64,000 nucleotides of DNA from Limisphaerales bacterium (GTDB taxonomy: Bacteria > Verrucomicrobiota > Verrucomicrobiia > Limisphaerales > AAA164-E04), in NCBI GenBank assembly GCA_965221075.1, contig OZ244865.1, forward strand, positions 2,052,043 through 2,116,042, written 5' to 3'. Positions 57,292 through 64,000 of this stretch are shown here, in pieces. How positions within the stretch are numbered: position 1 is the stretch's first letter; each line of letters begins with the position of its first letter. The position numbers and the translations under genes are program-made. The notes beneath the pieces are model-generated. The model was not told the DNA's origin. It saw only the letters and a list, made by a program, of their open reading frames with translations, and did not search any database.

Positions 57292-59285
57292 GCGACTCCC
57301 CCCCGAGCCCCCCTTCCCGGAAGGGGAGGGCCGTGCGGCTGGCACCCTGGATCCTGTTCGGACTGGCAGCCCTCTTCACCCTGAACGGGCTCAGGCCCCT
57401 GCGGGTGGAGACTGGGATGGACCACGCCGGGTTCGGCAGGCTCCCGGTGCTGCTCAGCGCCCGGGTCCAGCCGATGGACTCGGTGGGGATGAACGCCCTG
57501 CGGCAGATCCGAGGCACCCGCGAGGTCCCCCTGGAGGGCTTCGACACCAGCGGCCGGTGGGGCCGCCTGGAGGACATGAAGGAGGCCGGTCCGATGACCG
57601 CCCGGCGCTGGCACGACTTCGGCAGGCGACCCGAGAAGCTCAGCTCCACCCAGTGGCTGATGGAGGCGCTCATGCACCCCGCCAGGGCCAACCGCCGCTA
57701 CATCTTCGCCGTCAACCACCCGGACCTGATCGCCGACCTGCAACTGGAGGACAGGGGGCTGGACCGCTCCGGGCTGCGCTTCTTCAGCTACGACGATCTC
57801 CACCCGCAGATCGAGAAGATCCAGACCCATGCGGAGAACGCCAACGAGAAGGCGGAGCTGCGCGGCGCCTTCGAGCGGGCGGCGGTCAAGCTGAGCCATT
57901 CCATGCTCGTCTACATGCGGCTGCAGAACAGCCTGTCGCCGCAGGACACGACCGACTTCGCCGCCGAGATCGAAGGCTACCTGGAGAGCATTCCTCCGGG
58001 CCTGGAGGCCATCCACAGCAGCGAGGCGGGAGAGGATCACGACAAGCAGGCGTTCGACGCGCTGTTGCGAGATCTGGAACGCTACGACATCGCCAGCCGC
58101 TTCGCCTACCCCCTCCTGATCCCGCCCGAGGATCCACAGAACGATCGCGACGCCTGGGCTTCGCCGGGAGCCAGCCTGATTGACGCGGTGCACACACGGA
58201 TCCTGCCCTCCGCGCTGCTCAACTACGCCGAGATGAGCTCGGCCTACGCAGCGGGGGATGCAGAGCGCTTCAACCAGGCGCTGGCGCGGCAGCAGGAGCT
58301 GCTGGACCGTGATTTCTCCCTGGAGACGGGCAAGGCCGAGGCCGAGTTCGCCTTCAACCAGTTCTCGCCCTTCTCCCGGAGCATTGGGCTCTACCTGATC
58401 GCCTTCCTGCTGGCCTGCCTCTCCTGGTTCGGGATCTCCTGGCTCAACCGCACCGCCACCCTCCTGACGGCGCTGGCGGCCCTGGTGCACACCGGGGGCC
58501 TGATCACCCGGATGGTCCTGGAGGGGCGCCCCCCGGTCACCAACCTCTACTCATCGGCCATCTTCGTCGGTTGGGGGGCGGTGATCCTGGGCCTGGTCCT
58601 GGAGCGCCTGTACCGGGACGGAGTGGGCAACGTGATCGCCGGAGCGGTGGGAGTCGTGACCCTGATCATCGCCCACAACCTCTCCATGGGAGGCGACACC
58701 ATGGAGATGATGCAGGCAGTGCTCGACACCAACTTCTGGCTGGCCACCCACGTGGTGATCATCACCCTGGGCTACTCGGCCACCTTCGTGGCCGGATTCC
58801 TGGCGCTGGTCTACATCGTGCGGGGGCTGCTCACCACCACCCTCACCCCTGCCTCGGCCAGGGCCATGGGGCGGATGGTCTACGGGACCATCTGCTTCGC
58901 CACCCTGTTCAGCTTCGTGGGCACCATCCTGGGCGGCATCTGGGCGGACCAGTCCTGGGGAAGGTTCTGGGGCTGGGATCCCAAGGAGAACGGCGCCCTG
59001 CTGATCGTGATCTGGAACGCGCTGATCCTGCACTGCCGCTGGGGAGGGATGATCCGGGAGCGGGGACTGATGATCCTGGCGGTGTTCGGGAACGTGGTCA
59101 CCGCCTTCTCCTGGTTCGGGGTCAACCTCCTGGCCATAGGGCTCCACTCCTACGGCTTCATGGACGGCTCGGCCAAGTGGATCCTCTACTTCACCCTCTC
59201 GCAGCTGGCGGCGATCCTGGCGGCCAACCTTCCGCTCCGCTACTGGATGAGCTCCGGAGCCGGCAGGGCCGGGAAGGCGGCCTAG
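57288..59285 (+). CDS. ccsA: Cytochrome c-type biogenesis protein CcsA/ResC (system II haem handling), long form
   Basis: ORF 55593..59285 trimmed to ATG 57288. 665 aa. WWD-type haem-handling motif GGIWADQSWGRFWGWDPKENGALLIVIW near the C-terminal multi-TM core. About 350-aa N-terminal extension with one TM. Confidence 0.85.
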   Translation: MSDSPPSPPSRKGRAVRLAPWILFGLAALFTLNGLRPLRVETGMDHAGFGRLPVLLSARVQPMDSVGMNALRQIRGTREVPLEGFDTSGRWGRLEDMKEAGPMTARRWHDFGRRPEKLSSTQWLMEALMHPARANRRYIFAVNHPDLIADLQLEDRGLDRSGLRFFSYDDLHPQIEKIQTHAENANEKAELRGAFERAAVKLSHSMLVYMRLQNSLSPQDTTDFAAEIEGYLESIPPGLEAIHSSEAGEDHDKQAFDALLRDLERYDIASRFAYPLLIPPEDPQNDRDAWASPGASLIDAVHTRILPSALLNYAEMSSAYAAGDAERFNQALARQQELLDRDFSLETGKAEAEFAFNQFSPFSRSIGLYLIAFLLACLSWFGISWLNRTATLLTALAALVHTGGLITRMVLEGRPPVTNLYSSAIFVGWGAVILGLVLERLYRDGVGNVIAGAVGVVTLIIAHNLSMGGDTMEMMQAVLDTNFWLATHVVIITLGYSATFVAGFLALVYIVRGLLTTTLTPASARAMGRMVYGTICFATLFSFVGTILGGIWADQSWGRFWGWDPKENGALLIVIWNALILHCRWGGMIRERGLMILAVFGNVVTAFSWFGVNLLAIGLHSYGFMDGSAKWILYFTLSQLAAILAANLPLRYWMSSGAGRAGKAA

Positions 59286-59304
59286 CCGCGCGGGACGGGG
59301 GGAT

Positions 59305-59380
59305 TGGCGACCCGTACGGGAATCGAACCCGTGTTACCGCCGTGAAAGGGCGGTGTCCTGGACCGCTAGACGAACGGGTC
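59305..59380 (-). tRNA. tRNA-Glu (anticodon UUC)
   Basis: Reverse complement GACCCGT-TC-GTCT-AGCGGTCCA-GGAC-A-CCGCC-CTTTCAC-GGCGG-TAAC-ACGGG-TTCGATT-CCCGT-ACGGGTC-G-CCA. 76 nt, closely parallels canonical bacterial tRNA-Glu, CCA encoded. Confidence 0.95.
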
Positions 59381-59549
59381 GCTCCAGGAGCGCGGGGATG
59401 GTAGGGGCAGGCTCTTCCCCTGTCACTCCATTTCCGCCTCCAGACTCCTCCGGAACCGGCAGGCGCCCCCTGCCCTGCTGGGATCGGGCCGGAGCTCGGG
59501 AGGAGGAAACCCGCAGTCCGGCCAGAATGTCGCGTCCGGAGGCTTCCGT

Positions 59550-59625
59550 TGGTGGGCCCAGAGGGGTTCGAACCCCCGACCAAACGATTATGAGTCGTCT
59601 GCTCTAACCACTGAGCTATGGGCCC
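59550..59625 (-). tRNA. tRNA with CAU anticodon; elongator type, most likely lysidine-modified tRNA-Ile2 rather than tRNA-Met
   Basis: Reverse complement GGGCCCA-TA-GCTC-AGTGGTTA-GAGC-A-GACGA-CTCATAA-TCGTT-TGGTC-GGGGG-TTCGAAC-CCCCT-TGGGCCC-A-CCA. The G1-C72 pair and the absence of three consecutive G-C pairs in the anticodon stem exclude an initiator. C4-G69/C5-G68 and the anticodon arm resemble ileX-type tRNA as I recall it. Confidence 0.9.
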
Positions 59626-59642
59626 CTCCGGTACGAGGCGTC

Positions 59643-59671
59643 AGTATCCAACACGAGGCGCTTCCGGGCAA
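59643..59671 (-). promoter_or_regulatory. Putative sigma70-type promoter for the tRNA(CAU)-tRNA-Glu unit
   Basis: On the minus strand: -35 TTGCCC (59666-59671), a 17-nt spacer and -10 GATACT (59643-59648), 17 nt upstream of the tRNA 5' end. Confidence 0.3.
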
Positions 59672-59760
59672 GCGGCAATCCCCGGGCCGGGGCCGGCCAA
59701 ATGAACACGCCCCTTGTTCCTGCCGCTGCGCGTGGATAGCTTTGGCGGCTCGCCTCCGGA

Positions 59761-61317
59761 ATGCCGACCGAGCCCACAGAAGGGAGCCAGCCGCTGCTCC
59801 GGGCGCAGGGCGTCAGCAAGCGGTTCCCGGGGGTGCAGGCCCTGGACCGGGTCGACTTCGACATCCGCCCGGGGGAGCTCCACGCGCTGCTGGGAGAGAA
59901 CGGGGCCGGAAAGTCGACCCTGATGGGGATCCTGGCCGGCGTCTTCCCTCCCGACTCCGGATCCCTGCTCCTGGACGGAAGGCCCGCCTGCCTCCGCAGC
60001 CCCCGGGACGCGCAGGAGAAGGGCATCGCGATCATCTATCAGGAGCTCAGCCTGATCCCCCAGCTCTCGGTGGCCGAGAACATCTTCCTGGGACGAGAGC
60101 CGCTCACCATCCTGCGCACCATCGACTACCGGAGGATGCACCGCCAGGCCGCCGGGATCCTCGAGAGGCTGGAATGCGGAATCGACACTGCCACCCCCGT
60201 CGGGCGGCTGCGCGTCGGCCAGCAGCAGGTGATCGAGATCGCGAGGGCCCTGGCCCTCAGCTCCCGCATCGTCATCATGGACGAGCCCACCTCGGCCCTC
60301 TCCGACCAGGAAGCGAGGGTCCTCTTCTCGCTGATCGCCCGGCTCAAGGAGCAGGGCGCCGGCATCGCGTACATCACCCACAAGCTGGAGGAGCTCTTCG
60401 AGATCGCCGACCGGGTCACCGTCCTGCGCGACGGACGGCGGATCGGCACCCGCTCCCTGCGGGATCTGGACCGCAACGCCATGATCGGGATGATGGTGGG
60501 AAGGGACCTCTCGGATCTGTTCCGCAGGTCGGCCTCGATCCGCGAGGGGGCCGCCCTGCGCGTTCGCTCCCTGGGCCTGCGCCGCAGCCGCTCCTCGAAG
60601 CGCTACCTGTTCCGGAACGTGGACCTGGAGGTCCGCCGCGGCGAGGTGGTGGGCGTCTTCGGGCTGATGGGCTCGGGGCGCACCGAACTGCTCGAGGCCA
60701 TCTTCGGGCTCCACCCGGGGCGGGTCGAAGGGCGCCTGGAGCTGGAGGGCCGGCCGGTCCGGATCCGCTCTCCCCGGGACGCCATCGCCTCGGGGATCGT
60801 GATGGCTCCCGAGGACCGCAAGGAGCTGGGGCTGATCCTCAAGATGGACGTCGTCTCCAACGCCAGCCTCGCCTCGCTCTCCCAGTGCTCCATCCTGGGG
60901 TGGATCCTCGGGCGCAGGGAGCGGAGGCAGGTGGGCGGATACGTCCGCCGGCTCGGCATCCGCACCCCCTCGCTGCGCCAGCCGATCCGCGATCTGAGCG
61001 GGGGGAACCAGCAGAAGGTGGTGCTGGCCAAGTGGCTCTCCACCCGTCCCAGGGTCCTGCTGCTCGACGAGCCCACCCGGGGGATCGACATCAACGCCAA
61101 GCGTGAGATCTACGGGCTGGTCGACGAGCTGGCCCGCTCGGGGCTGGCGGTCCTGATGGTCTCCTCGGAGCTGCCCGAGATCCTGGCCCTCTCCGACCGG
61201 ATCGTGGTGTTCTGCGAGGGAGCCAGGACCGCGGAGCTGGACGGCGCCGGAGCCACCGAGGAAGCGATCATGGAGGCGGCCCTGCCCCGGGGGAGGCCCG
61301 GCCTAACCGGGAGTTGA
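59761..61317 (+). CDS. Sugar (ribose/xylose/galactoside-type) ABC transporter ATP-binding protein, tandem ABC domains
   Basis: 518 aa. Domain 1: GENGAGKSTLMGILAG, IVIMDEPTSAL. Domain 2: degenerate P-loop GLMGSGRTELLEAIFG, signature LSGGNQQKVVLAKWL, LLLDEPTRGID. CUT2-family layout. Confidence 0.88.
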   Translation: MPTEPTEGSQPLLRAQGVSKRFPGVQALDRVDFDIRPGELHALLGENGAGKSTLMGILAGVFPPDSGSLLLDGRPACLRSPRDAQEKGIAIIYQELSLIPQLSVAENIFLGREPLTILRTIDYRRMHRQAAGILERLECGIDTATPVGRLRVGQQQVIEIARALALSSRIVIMDEPTSALSDQEARVLFSLIARLKEQGAGIAYITHKLEELFEIADRVTVLRDGRRIGTRSLRDLDRNAMIGMMVGRDLSDLFRRSASIREGAALRVRSLGLRRSRSSKRYLFRNVDLEVRRGEVVGVFGLMGSGRTELLEAIFGLHPGRVEGRLELEGRPVRIRSPRDAIASGIVMAPEDRKELGLILKMDVVSNASLASLSQCSILGWILGRRERRQVGGYVRRLGIRTPSLRQPIRDLSGGNQQKVVLAKWLSTRPRVLLLDEPTRGIDINAKREIYGLVDELARSGLAVLMVSSELPEILALSDRIVVFCEGARTAELDGAGATEEAIMEAALPRGRPGLTGS

Positions 61318-61357
61318 TCTTTCATCCCCTCCGGTCCAGGCTGGGCCCGCTCCCGAC

Positions 61358-62353
61358 ATGAGAACACCGCGCATCCTCCCCGCCCTGGCCCTGCTGCTCT
61401 CCCCTCTGGCCTCCCTCTGCGACGACTGGGTGTCCTACCCCGGCGCCGAGGGGCCGGGCAAGGGGAAGCACATCATCTTCCTGACCGGCGACGAGGAGTA
61501 CCGCTCCGAGGAGGGCATGCCGATGCTGGCCAGGATCCTGTCGCAGCGCCACGGATTCGACTGCACCGTGCTCTTCGCCATCGACCCCGAGACAGGCGAG
61601 ATCGATCCCGACAACCAGACCAGCCTGCCCGGATACCACCTGATACCCGCCGCCGACCTGATGGTGCTCTTCTACCGGTTCCGGGAGCCCGGCGCCGAGC
61701 AGATGGAGATATTCGAGGAGTACCTCGAGTCGGGCAAGCCGATCGTCGGGCTGAGGACCTCCACCCATGCCTTCAACATGAAGCGGGACCGGGAAGGGCG
61801 CTTCGCCCGCTACGACTTCCGCTCCAGCGAGTGGACCGGAGGCTTCGGCCAGCAGGTCCTGGGAGAGACCTGGATCAACCACCACGGCCGACACGGACGC
61901 GAGGCCACCCGGGGGCTGGTCAACGGCATGCACCGGAACCACCCGGTCCTGCGGGGCGTCGTCGACGTGTTCGGACCCTCGGACGTCTACGGAGTGCGCA
62001 ACCTGGATCCCCAGGCAGAGGTGCTCCTGTGGGGAGCCACCCTGACCGGCATGGATCCGGAGGATCCGATCCGCTTCGACAAGTCGCTCATGCCGCTGGC
62101 CTGGATCCGGAGCTACACCGGCAGGAGCGGGAACGCCAGCAGGATCTTCTGCACCACCATGGGAGCCTCGGTGGATCTGGAGAGCGAGGGCCTGCGCCGC
62201 CTGCTGGTCAACGCCTGCTACTGGGGACTGGAGATGGAGGACGAGATCGGCCCCGAGAGCCAGGTGGACTATGTCGGCAGCTACCAGCCCACCTTCTACG
62301 GCTTCGGAACCTACAAGAAGGGGGTCAAGCCCTCGGACCACGCCCTTAAGTAG
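61358..62353 (+). CDS. ThuA-domain (class I glutamine-amidotransferase-like) secreted protein
   Basis: 331 aa with signal MRTPRILPALALLLSPLASL. ThuA-type pattern KHIIFLTGDEEYRSEEGMPMLARIL ... ADLMVLFYRF ... GKPIVGLRTSTHAF. Confidence 0.65.
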   Translation: MRTPRILPALALLLSPLASLCDDWVSYPGAEGPGKGKHIIFLTGDEEYRSEEGMPMLARILSQRHGFDCTVLFAIDPETGEIDPDNQTSLPGYHLIPAADLMVLFYRFREPGAEQMEIFEEYLESGKPIVGLRTSTHAFNMKRDREGRFARYDFRSSEWTGGFGQQVLGETWINHHGRHGREATRGLVNGMHRNHPVLRGVVDVFGPSDVYGVRNLDPQAEVLLWGATLTGMDPEDPIRFDKSLMPLAWIRSYTGRSGNASRIFCTTMGASVDLESEGLRRLLVNACYWGLEMEDEIGPESQVDYVGSYQPTFYGFGTYKKGVKPSDHALK

Positions 62354-62597
62354 GAGCCGCGGACGGCTCCGAGCGCCGCCAGGCGGCGCCCGGGAAGGAG
62401 CCCTTCCCGCCTTCGATCCCCGCTTCCTGGAGCCGGCCGGACGCAGCCGCCCCTGGCGCGGCGCAGCGCCGGATCACGGGCAGGCTTTCCGTGCCGATGG
62501 GCGAGCGGAACGGCTGCTGTTCTCCTCCCCGGTGGCCGAGGATAGGATCACGCTCTCCCCGTGGCGGGCTGCCGTGGCCCGAAGAGGAAGGGATGCG

Positions 62598-62930
62598 ATG
62601 CATGGAAGGAAGACGAGGGTCCTGGCCAAGAAGTACCTGGACCAGGGGCTTTCGAAGGTGGCGGTGTCGAGGAGGCTGGGGGTCCACCGGCGTACGCTCC
62701 ACCGCTGGATCAATCTCGAGCAGTGGCAGCGGAGCCCCGAGGAGACGGCCCGGTACGGGCCCAGGCCTCACCGGGCGCACAAGCTGGACGCGTACAAGGG
62801 GATCATCGATGCGATTCTTGCGGCTCGCCCGGAGACAAGCGCCCGGAAGCTGCACGAAGAGGTGCGCAAGGCGGGCTATGCGGGAGGGTACGGACGGGTG
62901 CGCGATCACGTGAGAAGCATCAGGGCGTAG
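62598..62930 (+). pseudogene. IS21-family transposase (IstA) N-terminal HTH fragment; the rest of the element is absent
   Basis: The 110-aa reading frame MHGRKTRVLAKKYLDQGLSKVAVSRRLGVHRRTLHRWI ... RPHRAHKLDAYKGIIDAILAARPETSARKLHEEVRKAGYAGGYGRVRDHVRSIR matches the IstA N-terminal HTH/HTH layout. It then stops. No rve core or IstB can be read in any downstream frame. Confidence 0.55.
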
Positions 62931-63778
62931 GGAAAGAGGCGATCCTGGGACGGCATGCGCCAGGCGCCTCCAGGACCGCTGGGCGGGCAGGATGCGCGGC
63001 CTTGGCAGGCGTCGTGCTCTCCGGAGAGCTCCAGTGCGGACGCCTGGGCTGCCAGGACTGCCAGGGCTCCGGCTCCAGCCGGAACAGGCTGCGGAAGCCT
63101 CCTGGAGCGGCGGAGGAATGCCCCTCGCCTTCCTCCAAGGACCGCCCGGGAAAAGCTCCTGGGCCGGATTCGGCCGGGAGCGGCGCCGGGCGGTCGATCG
63201 TTCCTGGAAACCGCCCGCGGCAAGAAGGCCTCCAGGGCGCAAGTCCATGGCCGGACGCCGGACACGCGCGCGCCTCCCGGATCCCGACTGCCACCTTGAC
63301 ACCGGCTGGGGGAACCAAAAGCATCCCCCCATGCAGCCTCGGCGCCGAACCGCGACTGCCGGATCGGGGCCGCGATGACGGATGGACTGTACAACGCCGC
63401 CATTTCCGAAGCCGTGGACCCGTCCGCTGCCGGACCGGGAGCCGCCAGGGCGATCCCGTCCTTTCCCCTTCCACCCGTGACGTCCGATCGCCTGCCGGGC
63501 GGCTCCGGACAGGACGTATCCGGGCACCGGGATCCTGGATGCCGGAACGGGACAGGCCCCCGGCCCCGCCCAGGCCGGAATCCGGGCTCGGGCCGGCCGC
63601 ATCGCCCGGCCGTCCGTACTTCTCCATCTGGCCCCCGCCCTCCGTTTCGGGAGGCGGGGGATCCAGGATCCGGCGGCGGCCGCCCTGGCCGGGAAGCCGG
63701 GCTCTCCAGGGCGAGGCAGGAACGTCCGGGGAGGCTGCGGTTCCATTGAGCTCCCTGGGAAGGAGGCTGCTGGACCGG

Positions 63779-64000
63779 ATGGCCCGGGCGCACGCCCTGG
63801 CGGTCCGGGATCCGGCCAGAAGGCGCTTCGAGGCCGGAGGAGTCTCCTTCGGCGGGGAGCCCCGGATCATGGGAGTGGTCAACCTGTCGGCGCAGTCCTG
63901 GTACCGGGAGAGCGTGTGCCTGTCCCTGGAGGCAGCCCACCGCCGCGGGGCGGTGCTGGCGGCGCAGGGGGCCGACCTGGTGGACGTGGGAGCGGAGTCG
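63779..64000 (+). CDS. Pterin-binding (dihydropteroate synthase-like) protein, 5' part only (runs off the window)
   Basis: Not in the ORF track because it has no stop in the window. ATG 63779 is preceded by AGGAGG. Translation is MARAHALAVRDPARRRFEAGGVSFGGEPRIMGVVNLSAQSWYRESVCLSLEAAHRRGAVLAAQGADLVDVGAES. It fits the DHPS N-terminal pattern P-x-IMG(I/V)xN(V/L)(T/S) ... GA(D)x(I/V)D(I/V)G(G/A)ES. Confidence 0.6.
   Translation, partial: MARAHALAVRDPARRRFEAGGVSFGGEPRIMGVVNLSAQSWYRESVCLSLEAAHRRGAVLAAQGADLVDVGAES

Noticed and set aside
54994-57345. 783-aa minus-strand ORF, and the plus-strand ORF 55593..57287 preceding ccsA
   Set aside because: They are shadow frames over the lipoprotein/resB genes with no motifs. 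The ccsA frame only becomes protein-like after ATG 57288.
62346-63940. Minus-strand ORFs of 466, 344 and 320 aa in the IS21-fragment/folP-upstream region
   Set aside because: They are extremely Arg/Pro/Gly/Ser-rich, mutually overlapping in different frames and without motifs. I also looked in this region and other gaps for RNase P (GGAAAGTCCGGGC), tmRNA and SRP RNA signature strings and found none.

Overview
High-GC (about two-thirds G+C by eye) bacterial chromosomal segment. Gene content looks typical of the PVC superphylum (Verrucomicrobiota/Planctomycetota-like): a paired DUF1549/DUF1553 + DUF1501 gene set, planctomycete-type cytochrome c modules, an ASPIC/UnbV FG-GAP protein, LamG-type exoproteins and many Sec/Tat signal peptides. 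I support about 45 protein genes, 3 tRNAs (Ala-GGC, Glu-UUC, CAU-anticodon), no rRNA and no CRISPR. Layout: (i) 1-5.9 kb is a decayed mobile/defence islet. It holds an rve-family transposase with an apparently dead DDE triad, a frameshifted ExeA/TniB-like ATPase remnant and an intact MmeI-like single-chain Type IIL/IIG restriction-modification enzyme with visibly lower GC3. (ii) 5.9-13.2 kb is housekeeping/envelope (PQQ-propeller-esterase, Gfo/Idh/MocA, thiG, heptose kinase, gmhB, aldo-keto reductase). (iii) 13.5-24.4 kb is a tightly packed, translationally coupled nine-gene operon and is the most interesting feature. It encodes two PBP-OmpA fusion proteins, a vWA protein, a 2-TM coiled-coil protein, a PspA/IM30 (ESCRT-III-like) protein, a NitT/TauT-type ABC importer (lipoprotein SBP, permease, ATPase) and a classical-clade AAA+ ATPase. 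(iv) 24.4-64 kb is mixed core metabolism (ribBA, alaS, purD, rho, system II cytochrome c biogenesis, partial folP-like) and PVC-type secreted proteins. Oddities there include a single-ORF LMW-phosphatase-RpiB-SHMT triple fusion, a redoxin-cytochrome c-PHM/DBH-like copper monooxygenase-type protein, an S41 peptidase homologue lacking Ser/Lys, tandem STAS paralogues, a 2 x 147 bp in-frame tandem duplication and an IS21 transposase N-terminal fragment. All calls rest on motif recognition in the supplied translations and manual reading of the DNA; no database search was run. Many very long antisense ORFs in the track are GC-driven shadows and were rejected.
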